Assembly (NCBI GenBank): GCA_964016885.1 | Contig: OZ024743.1 | Location: 54,002,001-54,066,000 of the forward strand | Reading direction: 5' to 3' | Source of the DNA: Eledone cirrhosa | Lineage: Eukaryota | DNA: 64,000 nucleotides | Shown: positions 1 to 13,560 of the stretch, piece by piece | Numbering within the stretch: position 1 is the first letter of the stretch | Layout of the letters: each line of letters begins with the position of its first letter | Translations under genes and position numbers: made by a program | The notes under the pieces: model-generated | The model's input: the letters and a program-made list of their open reading frames with translations, nothing else | Databases searched by the model: none | Told to the model about the DNA's origin: nothing

Positions 1-2049
1 TGCTTGATGTCGGGTGAGGTACCAGGGTGGTTGACAAAGGTACCACAGTTCTGGTAATGAAAGACCGAATGATGTTACCAACTATAGGCCCATCACATGT
101 CTGTCCGTAATGTGGAAACTGTTAACAAGCATTGTGTCTGAGGAAATCTACCATCACCTCCACATAAACAACTTGTTACCGGACGAACAGAAAGGATGCC
201 GAAAGAAGTCCCATGGTACAAAAGACCAGTTACTTATTGATAAGATGGTAATGAGGAATTGCAAGAGGAGGCACACTGGTCTTGCCTTGGTATGGATAGA
301 TTACAAAAAGGCATTCGACATGGTACCTCATTCTTGGATAACCAAAAGCCTAGAGATCTTCAAGGTGGCAGATAACATCAGACAGTTGTTGAGCAAATGT
401 ATGAAGTCCTGGGAAACAGAGTTAACATCGTGTGGAGAATCCTTGGGAGGCGTGAAGATCAAGAGAGGTATCTTCCAGAGAGATAGTTTGTCCCCTTTGC
501 TGTTTGTCCTTGCCCTGATACCCCTGACCATTATATTGCGAAAAGTGAGAGCAAGACACAAGTTAGGAAAAGGAGAGCTTACCATCAACCACCTCCTCTT
601 CATGGACGATCTTAAACTCTTTGGGAAGAGTGAGGAGTTGGATGTACTTGTTGACATTGTCCGTATTTTCAGCAATGATATATGTATGGAATTTGGTATT
701 AATAAATGTGGAGTCCTAGTAAATTGAGCAGAAACAACGGAATCCAGGTACCAACAGGTGAGATGATAAAGGAAATTGACACTGAGGATGGATACAAATA
801 TTTAGGTGAACAAAAAAAATGAAGGAATTGATAAGATCTGAGTACATAAGGAGAGAAGGAGCGTATTAAAATCACATCTAAATAGTAGGAATGTCATAAG
901 TGCAGTGCATTCCTGAGCTGCGTCTATTATTAGGTACAGTGCGGGAATTCTGAAATGGAATGTTGCTGAACAAAAAGAAATGGATAGGAAGACTAGGAAG
1001 CTATTGACTATCTACAACATGTTCCACAAGAGGAGTGATGTCGATAGACTCTACTTAGAGAGATCTGAATGTGGAAAAGGTCTTATCAGCATAGAGGACT
1101 GTGTTCAGATGGAGAAAAACAACCTGCACAAAAATACGTGACTGACAGTGCTCAAAATTGTACTGAAGAAGAAGACAATAAACCAGGGGATGACCAAGGA
1201 GGAAATAACAACAAGGAGGAAGAGCAACCTTCATGAAAAATCCCTTCATAGTACCTTCTTTAGGAAAACTGAATTTAGAGATCCACAGATATGGAACTGG
1301 TTAAAAGATGAGACCTTAAAAGCTACAGAAGGCTGCGAAAGAGCAAGCCCTCAGCACGAAGTGGGTGAAACACCATATTTAAAAGGAGGAGGCTAGCTCA
1401 CTGTGTAGGGTCTGTTGAGAGAGAGGAGACTGTGACTCACATTGTATCCGAGTGTAAACACCTAGCCCAGACTCACTATAAAGGCTGGAGACATGATGTG
1501 ATAGGCAGGGTGATCCACTGGCATCTATGCAAAATAAGCAATTTACCACATTCTGAGAAGTGGTATGAGCATAAGCCAGCGTCGGTGATAGAAAACGATC
1601 AGGGGAATGTGCTATGGGATTTTAGGATACAGACGGACAAGAAATTAGAACACAATAGGCCTGACCTGGTGGTTTTGGACAAGGAAAAAAGATCGTGTCT
1701 GATTGTAGATGTAGCCTGCCCATTTGACACGAGAGTGCAAGAAAAGGATAGGGAGAAAATTAACCGATACCAGGACTTAAAGTGGGAGGTGAAAAGGATT
1801 TGGAACTGCCATGAAGTCAAGGTTGTCCCGATTGTCATAGGCGCACAAGGTACTATCTCAAAGAGTTTCCAAGGATGGTTAAAGAAGATTATTCCAGCCC
1901 CGCTTTTTGGAAGACTTCAAAAGGCATGCTTACTGGGAACAGCAAGATCCCTCCGATACGTCCTGAATATCTGAGGCTGCAGGTAGCGGCTTGATATTCA
2001 TTTCAACAAACTTTCCAGTTAAATAACATCAATAACTGAGACTCAAAGG

Positions 2050-2050
<1 letters not shown>
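1..2050 (+). mobile_element. R4/Dong-clade non-LTR retrotransposon, family 1, copy A (cut by window start, degenerate)
   Basis: RT motifs ([46 protein letters not shown]) in ORF 110-727. RLE endonuclease (RPDLVVLD..IVDVACPFD..EKINRY) in ORF 1432-1974. Several stops/frameshifts. Short 3' UTR ends in (TAA)n. Closely matches copy B. Confidence 0.92.

Positions 2051-2123
<73 letters not shown>
2051..2123. repeat. (TAA)n microsatellite, about 24 units; tail/target of Dong copy A
   Basis: Read directly from the sequence. Confidence 0.97.
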
Positions 2124-2124
<1 letters not shown>

Positions 2125-2397
2125 GAAGAAGACGCACGAGGTGGCGGAGGTCATGAAATTGCTCCCGTAAGTTTTGAATTTTTAACATATTTAAATCATT
2201 TGTGAAATAACAACTCTTAGTACAAATGCTACGTAAAGCACCCGGCTTGAGCCCCAAAAAATTCGGACCCCAAATATATTGTTATAAGGCTCAAATATTC
2301 AAATATTCAACTTTGTATTGTACACTGTATATCCAAAAAAGAAAATGGCTATAAATGGAAGAAGAACCCCCCCCCCCCCCCCCTCCTCTCCTCTGTC

Positions 2398-2490
2398 TAC
2401 ACTATATAGAACAGCCAAACTCACCAACACCAGAAACTAGATACACTATATAGAACAGCCAAACTCACCAACACCAGAAACTAGATACAC
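2398..2490. repeat. 44-bp tandem duplication (about 2.1 copies)
   Basis: tacactatatagaacagccaaactcaccaacaccagaaactaga repeated exactly at 2398 and 2442. Confidence 0.9.
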
Positions 2491-3060
2491 CACCCACCTC
2501 ATCACCTGTGTACACTAAACACAACAGCCAGATAACGGCAATTTCACCACCACCGCTCACTACTGCCATCATTACCACCACTATCTCATCACCGCCGCCA
2601 CCACTCTTCACTCCTTCACTGACCACCACTGCCTCGGTATCGACATCACCACCACCACTGTCTCAGTATCGCTACCGCCGCCAGTCTTCCACTTCTCCAA
2701 GCTGGCTGCTGCCACCACATTATAGAATTCCTACTACTAAAAAAGAGGAAGGCATCAAAATATATAGATAGACTCAAAAGAAAAAAGAAAAAAACAAACA
2801 ACAAAACCAAAGCAGCACAGCAACAACAGCAAAAAACGAGAAAAACAAACAGAGAAAAACAAAAACAAAAAAAAACAAAAACCGTAAAGAAAATAAGAAT
2901 GAAGAGAGAAGCAGGCGGACGGACAGAGAAGAGGGGGGAAAAACTAGAACTAAAAAAACAAAAACTAAGTCAGACATTCGAACACTACATTACAATGAAA
3001 CTTATGCTTATTCATTTTTGGGGCCCTTTCTGCCTGTGTGTTTGTTTGTTTATGTGTGTT

Positions 3061-6000
3061 CGTATACAGCGTGGTGATAATGCCACACAAGGGCCAAGTG
3101 GAACGGCGAATCCACAGATGGCTATGTAACCATACATTCGCCAATCCTCGATAAGAGTGTTTAAATATCGAACATAAACAGTTCGAATAACGGTGAAATG
3201 GAGACTAGAACGTCATGTGACAGACTCTCACCCAACAGGTGCCCCCTGGCTCAGCAGCAGGAACCTGACTGTCAACCAAATACTGCTGATGTTGGAGGAA
3301 GAAGAAGAAGGAAAGGGGCCAGAACCAACTGGACGAAAGAATTGAATAGAGCTGTTATGCAATGTTACCTGAAAAGTAACCCCAAGGAGAGGGGCTACAG
3401 GAGACGGATGCATAACATCTGGAACGAGATTGGTCTATTTAAATTAGATGAACAAAAATTGGCCGGGCAGGCTCGGGTAATAAGAACTAATGGGTGGATA
3501 AGCGAACTGGAACTGGAGGAACTGAGCAGAGAGAATGGCTTGGAGATGGCGGGTGTAGTATGCCAGACAAGCGAGCCAGTGGGAAATGAAGGTGAAGAGG
3601 TCCTGAGAACGGAGGAACCACCCGAAGCAGACAATGATCTGAATACTGAGATAAATAATACCTGGAACAGAGATACGGCCACTGAGGAGATGAATGCTGA
3701 CGGGCTAGGACAAGATTCGGTTGACATCCTAAATTTAGTGGTAGATGAATTGAACAATGATAGTGGGAGACCTATGAACCTAAGATTTGTAGACAGGAAA
3801 AAGTTAAAAGAAACAACAGCTAAGGTAAACAAAGTCATCCCATACCTTGAGGCGAGGAGCCTTCACCAGTGCAACAATATTCTCAAAGCAACAGCAAATA
3901 CGGTGAGGAAACTACTTGGTATAAAAGCGAAAGGAAACAACAGACAAGAAAGAGCAGAGCCGTGGTGGAAGAAACGACTGAGTGGTCAAATCGGGGAAAT
4001 GAGAAATGACATAGGAAAGCTTGAGTCACTACTGAATGGGACACTAAAAAACATAGGCACTAAAAATAGACTGGAAATAAAGTACAAAACTAGGAGGAAA
4101 AAGCTAAATATTATCATAGAGGAACTGAAGCAACGCATTGTAGCAAAGAGTGCAAAAATCAGGCGATACGAGAACAGAGTCAGTCAGTATAAACACAAGC
4201 GCATGTTCGACAACAACCAGAAGATGCTGTTTGGACAGCTTGAGGGGAAAGAAAGAGGCAACGACTTGATCCCTGGGGCGGAGCAAACTAAAACATTCTG
4301 GAGAGGAATATGGGAGCAGGATGTTAGACATAATGTCCAGGCAGGGTGGATTGAGACAGTACAGAGGGAGATCGGTGAGCAGGCACACCAACAAACTGAT
4401 TTGAGTATCACAGTTGAAACTCTTAAGGGGCGGGCCAAAAAACTAACCAACTGGAAATCACCAGGCCCAGATGGTGTGCAGGGGTATTGGATTAAAAATT
4501 TAACATCCCTCCACCCGAAGCTGACGGCCATGTTCAATGACTGCTTGGTATCGGGTGAGGTGCTAGAGTGGTTGACAAAAGGTACCACAGTTCTGATAAT
4601 GAAAGACCGAAACAAGGGTAATGATGTTACCAACTATAGACCTATCACATGTCTGTCCGTAATGTGGAAACTGTTGACGAGCATTGTGTCTGAGGAAATC
4701 TACCATCACCTCCACACAAACAACTTGTTACCGGACGAACAGAAAGGATGCCGAAAGAAGTCACGTGGTACAAAGGACCAGTTACTTATTGATAAGATGG
4801 TAATGGGAATTGCAGGAGGAGACACACTGATCTTGCCATGGGATGGATAGACTACAGAAAGGCATTTGACATGGTGCCTCATTCTTGGATCACCAAAAGC
4901 CTGGAGATCTTCAGGGTGGCAGATAACATCAGACAGTTGCTGGGCAGGAGTATGGGGTCCTGGGAGACAGAGTTGACATCAACTGGAGTATCCTTGGGAA
5001 GCGTGAAGATCAAGAGAGGTATCTTCCAGGGAGATAGCCTGTCCCCTCTGTTGTTTGTCCTTGCCCTGATGCCCTTGACCATTATGCTGCGAAAAGTGAG
5101 AGCAGGATACAAGTTGGGAAAGGGAGAGCTTACCATCAATCACCTCCTCTTCATGGACGATCTTAAGCTCTTCGGGAAAAGTGAGAAGGAGTTGGATGTG
5201 CTTGTTGACACTGTCCGTATTTTCAGCAGTGATATATGTATGCAGTTTGGTATTAGTAAATGTGGAGTCATTGTGATGAGGAGTGGTAGGTTGAGCAGAA
5301 GTAACGGGATCCAGATACCAACAGGTGAGATGATAAAGGAAATTGACTCTGAGGAAGGATACAAGTATTTGGGCGTTCTGGAGGCTGATGGCATAAAGAA
5401 CAAAAAAATGAAGGAATTGTTAAGAACTGAATACATTCGGAGAGTAAGGAGCGTATTGAAGTCACATCTGAACAGCAGAAATGCCATAAGCGCAGTAAAT
5501 TCCCGAGCTGTGTCTATTATTAGGTACAGTGCGGGAATTCTGAGATGGAATGTTGCTGAACAAAAAGAAATGGATAGGAAGACTAGGAAGCTATTGACTA
5601 TCTACAACATGTTCCACAAGAGGAGTGATGTCGATAGACTCTACCTAAGGAGATCTGAGGGTGGAAGAGGTCTTATCAGCATAGAGAACTGTGTTCAGAT
5701 GGAGAAAAACAACCTATACAAATACGTGACCTATAGTAAGGAGCCAATGCTCAGAACTGTACTGAAGGAGGGGACAGTAGGCCAGGGGATGTCCAAGGAG
5801 GAAATAACATCAAGGAGGAAGAGCAGCCTTAAGGGAAAATCCCTTCATAGTACCTTCTTTGAGAAAACTGAATTTAGAGATCCACAGACATGGAACTGGT
5901 TGAGAAGAGGAGACCTCAAAAAGGCTACAGAAGGAATGCTAATGGCTGCGCAGGAGCAGGCCCTCAAAACGAAGTGGTTGAAGCACCATATTTACAAGGA

Positions 6001-6665
6001 GGAGGCTAGCCCACTGTGCAGGATCTGTGGAGAGAGAGAGGAGACTGTGGCTCACATTGTGTCCGAGTGGAAACACCTAGCCCAGACCCACTATAAGGGC
6101 TGGAGACACGATGTGATGGGCAGGGTGATCCACTGGCACCTGTGCAAAGTAAACAATTTACCACATTCTGAGAAATGGTATGAGCATAGGCTAGAGGCAG
6201 TGATGGAGAACAATCAGGTGAAGGTGCTGTGGGATTTTAGGATACAGACGGACAAAAAACTGGAACACAATAGACCTGACCTGGTGGTTGTGGACAAAGA
6301 AAAAAGATCGTGTCTGATTGTGGATGTGGCCTGCCCTTTCGACACGAGAGTGCAAGAGAAGGAGAGGGAGAAAATTAACCGATACCAGGACCTAAAGTGG
6401 GAGGTGAAAAGGATTTGGAACTGCCATGAAGTCAAAGTGATCCCGATTGTCATAGGCGCACTAGGTACTATCTCCAAAAGTTTCCAGGGATGGTTAAAGA
6501 AAATCGGCCCCTTCACGCTTTTTGGAACGCTTCAAAAGGCATGCTTGCTGGGAACAGCAAGAACCCTCCGATACGTCCTGAATATCTGAGGCTGCATGTA
6601 GTGGCTTGATATTCATTCCAACGGACTTTCCAGTTAACCAACATCAATGACTGAGATTCAAGGAA
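3061..6665 (+). mobile_element. R4/Dong-clade non-LTR retrotransposon, family 1, copy B (near full length; 5' boundary uncertain, may extend to 2124)
   Basis: Single long ORF: N-terminal R4-type region (RTNWTKELNRAVMQCY), RT, zinc knuckle, RLE. 3' UTR matches copy A and is followed by (TAA)n. Confidence 0.93.
3198..6589 (+). pseudogene. RT + CCHC + restriction-like endonuclease polyprotein (about 1130 aa if repaired), split by one frameshift near 4806
   Basis: ORFs 3198-4850 and 4838-6589. Copy A reads atgAggaat (MRN) where B reads atgggaat. Motifs: [49 protein letters not shown]. Confidence 0.9.
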
Positions 6666-6695
6666 TAACAACAATAATAATAATAATAATAATAA

Positions 6696-7792
6696 CTGAA
6701 ATAACACGAAAGCATCAAAAGATGCTCCATTACAAAAGATCATACTCCATTACAAAAGATGCACAAAGTAATGGACTACACATTCCAGAAGTCCCATTTA
6801 CTGCTGAAATGGAAAACACAGCAAACGCAAAGCAGGTAAGAGTAACTGCAAAGAAAGAACTGCTACAGAAACTGGCTAAGAAATGGCAAGAAAAGCCTCT
6901 GTATGGAATATACCCAGAACGAGCTAACAATCCTGATGTTGACAAAACTTTAACCCATCAGTGGTTGGCATCCTCTGGACTGAAATCGGAGACTGAAGGA
7001 CTGATTATATCAGCACAAGATCAGTGTCTGCCAACAAAAAATTACCAAGCCAACATAATAAAAAATGGATGCAGCCCATTATGCCGTGTATGCAAAAAAC
7101 AACCAGAGACCATTGACCATATAATTTCAATGTGCAGTCCTATAGCTCCAACCGAATACCTAAACAGGCATGACAGAGCTGCACAATACATACATTGGAT
7201 AATGTGTAAGCATTTTGACCTGCCCCATCAAAAGAATTGGTGGGAGCATCAACCACCTCCCATACTTGAAAAAGATCACATCTCAATCTTGTGGAACTTT
7301 AGCATCCAAACAGACCGAAAAATAGATGCAAATAGACCTGATATAATATTGAAGGACTTTAAAAAGAGGGTATGCCTGCTAATTGATATGTCCGTTCCAA
7401 TAGACAAGAATGTATCTATAAAAACAGTTGAAAAATTGACCAAGTATAATGACCTGGAGATAGAAATTGGAAAAATGTGGAAATTGAGAACTAAAACAAT
7501 ACCAGTGGTTGTAGGCGCTCTGGGAATGATACCTAAGGGGTCTAATGATTACTTATCGCAAATCCCAGGAAACCCGCGTATAGGAGAAATACAAAAGATA
7601 ATACTAATGGGAACTGCCCATATACTAAGGAAGATTCTGTCAATATAAGTACATCACAAGTCTAAACACTGAAGATGCATGTGTGAGTATGTATGTTCTT
7701 TCTTGAACATGGCGGACCTTGTTGTCTCTTGAGGTCACTGGTTGTGACTTGGTGATAACTCGTATGAACATAAAGCAAGATAAATGCAACTG
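6696..7792 (+). mobile_element. R4/Dong-clade family 2, copy C (5'-truncated; zinc knuckle + RLE + 3' UTR)
   Basis: ORF to 7648 with CRVCKKQPETIDHIISMC and RPDIILKD..IDMSVP. Near-identical to the 3' half of copy D. Flanked by (TAA)n at 6666-6695 and 7793-7808. Confidence 0.9.
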
Positions 7793-7808
7793 TAATAATA
7801 ATAATAAT

Positions 7809-8157
7809 GCTTTCTTTATTAACCACAAGGGTTTACATAAAGTAGACATTAAGGACAGTACAGGAAAATACAGGACGGGACAAATGGGCATTTCTGCGTG
7901 TAAAAAAAACAGAGGATCTAATAAAAAATAACAATGAAAGATTCCCAAATAGGGTGGAGACTTCCGAGGGACATTTGTGGAGAAAGCCCATTAAAAGGCC
8001 ACAGTGACCCTGACTACCAGGGCAAGTGCCCTCTCCCAGTTTTCCACCTTTAATTTACAGACACATACTCAGAGTAGGCCCATTCACTCGGGCCATACTT
8101 GCTTCTCTCACCCATCTTTCAACAAAATGCTGGGAAGAGAGCACTTCCCTCTCTACC
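7809..8157 (-). mobile_element. 5'-truncated Tx1/L1-like LINE 3' end, antisense, inside a (TAA)n tract
   Basis: Minus strand 8156-8055 reads VEREVLSSQHFVERWVREASMARVNGPTLSMCL*, resembling Tx1 ORF2 C-termini (F..RW). Then about 240 bp of 3' UTR, AATAAA (plus tttatt 7815-7820) and an (ATT)n tail. Confidence 0.6.
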
Positions 8158-8170
8158 TAATAATAATAAT

Positions 8171-10341
8171 CAGTCCTAACTGAATATACATATGACCACC
8201 TGATAACAAATGACCTATTTCCCAATGAGCAGAAAGGGTGTAAACGAGGCTTATATAGCTGTAAGGATCAGCTTTTGGTTAACAAAATGATACTGGAAGA
8301 TTGTCATAATAGACACAAAAATCTATCAATTGCTTGGATAGATTATAAAAAAGCATTAGATAGTTTGCCACACAGTTGGATTGAAAAATGTTTAGAGATT
8401 TTCAAAATATCTCCCGTTGTCAGGAGGTTCCTGTCATTCAGTATGACGACATGGAAAACGACACTCCTTTTGAATAGTGAAACAAAATCACTGGAAGCTG
8501 GAGAAGTTAATATTAATTGTGGAATTTTTCAGGCTGACTCTTTATCACCGCTTTTATTCTGCATCGCACTTATACCATTAAGTAAAATGCTCAATGAAAC
8601 AAAACATGGATATAAAGTCTATGACAAAACCATTAATCACTTGTTCTACATGGATGACCTGAAACTATTTGCAAAAAATGATGAACAATTGCAAGGGCTA
8701 TTATCCACTGTGGAGCAGTTCAGTGATGACATTAAAATGGAGTTTGGACTAGATAAATGCGCCAAAGCAACGTTCACCAGAGGAAAGCTGCTGAAAAGTT
8801 CAGACATTAATCTTGATCGGGAGAATGTGATAAGAGAACTTGATCAAGAGGAAACTTACAAATATCTGGGTGTTTGTGAAGGAGACGGAATCAAGCACTC
8901 GACGATGAGGGAAAGGATAAGGAAGGAATGTTATCGCAGAGTAAGAGCAATCTTAAGGACGGAATTGAATGCAAGGAATAGGGATCGATGCCATAAACAC
9001 GCTTGCCACACCAGTAGTAACCTACAGTTACAATATCATCAACTGGTCAAGCACAGAGATCCGTAGGCTCGATACAAAAATTAGAAAATTCTTAACCATG
9101 CACAGAATGCATCACCCTAAGGCAGATACAGATAGAATATATCTCCCTAGGAAAGAAGGAGGACGTGGGTTAATTCAGCTAGATATTGCGTTGAAAACTG
9201 CAACAATTGGATTATCTACATATCTAAGGGAATCACATGATTGGATGATCAAACTCGTTTTGAAATACGAAAGCATCAAAAGATCATACTCCATTACAAA
9301 AGATGCACAAAGATACAGTAATGGACTACACATTTCAGAAGTCACATTTACTGCTGGAATGGAAAACACAGAAAAAGCAAAGCAGGTAAAAGTAACTGCA
9401 AAGAAGGAACTGCTACAGAAACTGGCTAAGAAATGGCAAGAAAAGCCTCTGTATGGAAAATACCCAGAAAGAGCTAACAATCCTGATGTTGACAAAACTT
9501 TAACCCATCAGTGGTTGGCATCCTCTGGACTAAAATCGGAGACTGAAGGACTGATTATATCAGCACAAGATCAGTGTCTGCCAACAAAAAATTACCAAGC
9601 CAACATAATAAAAAATGGATGCAGCCCATTATGCCGTGTATGTAAAAAACAACCAGAGACTATTGATCATATAATTTCAATGTGCAGTCCTATAGCTCCA
9701 ACCGAATACCTAAACAGGCATGACAGAGCTGCACAATACATACATTGGATAATGTGTAAGCATTTTGACCTGCCCCATCAAAAGAATTGGTGGGAGCATC
9801 AACCACCTCCCATACTTGACAAAGATCACATCTCAATCTTGTGGAACTTTAGCATCCAAACAGACCGAAAAATAGATGCAAATAGACCTGATATAATACT
9901 GAAGGACTTTAAAAAGAAGGTATGCCTGCTAATTGATATGTCCGTTCCAATAGACAAGAATGTATTTATAAACATTTGAAAAATTGAGCAAGTATAAGGA
10001 CCTGGAGATAGAAATTGGGAAAATGTGGAAATTGAGAACTAAAACAATACCAGTGGTTGTAGGCGCTCTAGGAATGATACCTAAGGGGTCTAATGATTAC
10101 TTATCGCAAATCCCAGGAAACCCGCGTATAGGAGAAATACAAAAGATAATACTAATTGGAACTGCCCATATACTAAGGAAGATCCTGTCAATATAAGTAC
10201 ATCACAAGTCTAAACACCTAAAGATGCATGTGTGTGTATGTATGTTCTTTCTTGAACATGGCAGACCTTGTTGTCTCTTGAGGTCACTGGTTGTGACTTG
10301 GTGATAACTCGTATGAACATAAAGAAAGATAAATGCAGCTG
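8171..10341 (+). mobile_element. R4/Dong-clade family 2, copy D (5'-truncated within RT, two frameshifts)
   Basis: ORFs 8275-9066, 8969-9979 and 9984-10196: EQKGC, WIDYKKA, HLFYMDDLKLF, YKYLG, CCHC, RPD..D..K. (TAA)n on both sides (8158-8170, 10342-10393). Confidence 0.92.
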
Positions 10342-11542
10342 TAATAATAATAATAGTAATAATAATAATAATAACAACAATAATTATAATAATATCACTA
10401 CTGACACACCATCCAAAGAACCGTTTCGCAGCTGCTGTTAGCTTTGTGCAGCACTTCGTGCCTTCAGTTGAGTAACACATTAAAACCCAGTACTATCTCC
10501 GGTGCAAAACAGCCGAGCAAATTACCCCTGGAAAGAAGCACACATCTACATGGAATCATGTCATACGCGCCTGCCCGACGATGAAGATGAAGAAAATAAC
10601 GATGATGATGATGAAGAAGATGAGGAAAAAGAAGAAAAGCAACCAAAAAGCTACACAAACAATATATAAGTGAATACAAACAACAAGTAGCAACAACTTT
10701 GACATAAGAAACAACAACAAAAACAACAACCAACAAACAAAAAGTAAACAGACTGACAAAGACTGTTAAAAAATTGATGACAGATGGAAGTGTTCTATTG
10801 GACTGAACATATTAAGATGGCGGCGACACATTATTTTTTACTCTCTCGCTCTCTCCAACGCTCTCTCCAGCGCCCACATCTGTATTTATCATTTCCTTTC
10901 TCCTGCTTCTATTTGTCTACAGATCCGGAGCAGACGTTCATATGTATATGTTTAATAAGATTTATATGTCACTAGATTGTCAAACAAACAATATGGAATG
11001 AAATGGACAGAGATCATATTTGGTCGAGTGTGCTTTTTTCTTCTTCTTCAAGTACTCAATAATGTTGAATATGTTGTATGGATGACATCTGATAAAACGA
11101 GAAGCAGAAAGATGTGTCTGTATGTCTCTCTGTCTTTTGCATATTATTTGTCTCTCTTACAAACATACACACACATATACATACACATATGTATATATAC
11201 ACTCAGACACTATACATGTATATCATATGTGTCTATTCTATCTATTTAGTTAGATTGTATTTAAAGGCCGATAAGATAGACCATCACACAGATATACACG
11301 ATTATGCAGATGAACATATACTTAGACACACTCACGCGCTTCTAAGGTATGTACACTTATTTAAGAGAATGTGTGTTTACATACGAAAGATGTACATATA
11401 TAGATAGATGTAGATACAGACTCACAAACATACACCCACGACATTATCGAATAGAAAGTACTCAATACGTATGGTATGTTGAGTGAAAGTGTATCTATGT
11501 GTGTGTGTGTGTGCGAACACACACACAATATATAAGGAACGA

Positions 11543-11749
11543 TCGACTTTCGTCAAATCGGACCGAGGGAACAATGTTTCCGTTGGTCTTTCCAATTGCT
11601 AATACTATCTATCGGTCGCAACTCCAGGTAAAAGGAGCAACGTGAAATAAAGTGTCTTGCTCAAGGACATAACGCGTCGCCTGGTCCAGGAATCGAACTC
11701 ACAACCTTACGATTGCGAATCCAATTCTCTAACCACTCAGCCACACGCC
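11543..11749 (-). mobile_element. tRNA-derived SINE (family B)
   Basis: Minus strand has A box TGGCTGAGTGG, B box GTTCGATTCC, then TGTCCTTGAGCAAGACACTT. Homologous to 41588-41765 and 44085-44289. Confidence 0.8.
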
Positions 11750-11757
11750 TTCACACA

Positions 11758-11792
<35 letters not shown>

Positions 11793-11799
11793 TATATAT

Positions 11800-12010
<211 letters not shown>

Positions 12011-12224
12011 GAAAGAGAAAGTCGGTCTAAATGCTTACGAAAAAAAAAAGGTATCCAAAATGCTGGAATAGCAGAAAGTAGAAACGAGATGCAGAGTTTG
12101 GATTCCACATGGAATTCCTTTCTGCTGCCACTCTTATGTCAATCAATAGACTTTGAAATGTTCAAGCCAAAAGCTTCTTATCAAAACCATTTCCAACAGC
12201 AATACTGAATCCAGGATTCGGTGA

Positions 12225-12258
<34 letters not shown>

Positions 12259-12402
12259 CATTCGTATTTATATTTATCCAAACGTTTGACGGTGGTTATA
12301 GAATTTGGCATGTCATCACTACAATTATGTGGTCTTATGGTATGGTCGTACGATGTAAACTCGGACAGCTTATATACATACATATATATATGTGTGTGTG
12401 TA

Positions 12403-12466
<64 letters not shown>

Positions 12467-12555
12467 CGTATATATATATTATATGCAAATATGCAGACAT
12501 TTTATACATATATAGACACACGTACTGTACATTCTCGCTCTCTCTCTCTCATATA

Positions 12556-12635
<80 letters not shown>

Positions 12636-12784
12636 GGGGGAGATTTGTATATACATGTATATATATATGTATCATATGCATATATATGTGTATGTGTGGG
12701 TGTGCATATATATATTAATATATGTATACATAAGTCTCTGTGTGTGTATATAGGTGAATATATATATTTATATGTGTGTGTGCG

Positions 12785-12823
<39 letters not shown>

Positions 12824-12829
12824 GTGCGC

Positions 12830-12873
<44 letters not shown>

Positions 12874-13064
12874 GTGTGCGTGTGTGCGTGTGATTATGTG
12901 TGTGTATGTCCGTGTGTTTATGTTTGTATAAACCACACGCAGCAAGAAAAAAGACATATGCGGTCATAACCCGAGAAGCCGAGGGAGAATAAGCGCTACC
13001 GGAAATCTCTTTAATGGACCGGAAACGAAATGGACACAGAAAAGGACGTTGATCTAAACACACA

Positions 13065-13560
13065 CAATTCTCAAATACTTGAGCTGATGAGCTGTGGAAA
13101 ACTGTTTGGTACGCTGTAAAGTTTTTAGATTCACTGGTGTAGATTTTGCACGAAGATTTGCATTGTCCATAGGACTATATGCATCAATGGAGCACAGGAG
13201 GCACACCACACAGGTAAGGTCAATGCACATGCAGTGGACAGAGAGGTACAGTGTTTGAAGATTAGAGGTTTAAAGCAAATTAACTGTTTACCAACAAGAA
13301 GATTGTAAATGCAGCACTGAAGAATGTGAAAGGTAAAAGGAAAGAGAGTTTCAAATACTAGCTGATTCTATCTACTACATAGGATAGTAAATGTGTTTGG
13401 CACACAATGTGGAGATGAGAAGTAGACGACGATGAGGAGTAGATGGATTGAGGAAAGTAGAAGAAAGGTACCTTTCAAAATGCTGTACGACAACATTAAG
13501 AAACACCTCTATCAGTTGGCACAAATCATAAGAAGGGGGAAAGAAGAGGGCCCCGCGATA
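13065..13560 (-). mobile_element. Possible highly decayed CR1/L2-group LINE 3' remnant
   Basis: Weak, frameshifted resemblance to RT C-terminal motifs on the minus strand; no intact ORF. Confidence 0.25.

Noticed and set aside
3061-3197. HDV-like ribozyme upstream of Dong B
   Set aside because: Motif fragments are in the wrong order and I could not build P1/P2/P3.
328-9495. Minus-strand ORFs over the Dong elements
   Set aside because: Antisense shadows of the RT ORFs.
10410-10830. Possible minus-strand exon (acceptor-like ttctttccag) and a YY1-like aagatggcggc
   Set aside because: All frames have stops, and short motifs alone are not enough.
11700-11749. tRNA gene
   Set aside because: The A/B boxes belong to a SINE head repeated elsewhere; there is no full cloverleaf.
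13080-13110. ctgatga...gaaa match (similar lone CTGATGA at about 44376 and 48393)
   Set aside because: No stems II/III or cleavage triplet.
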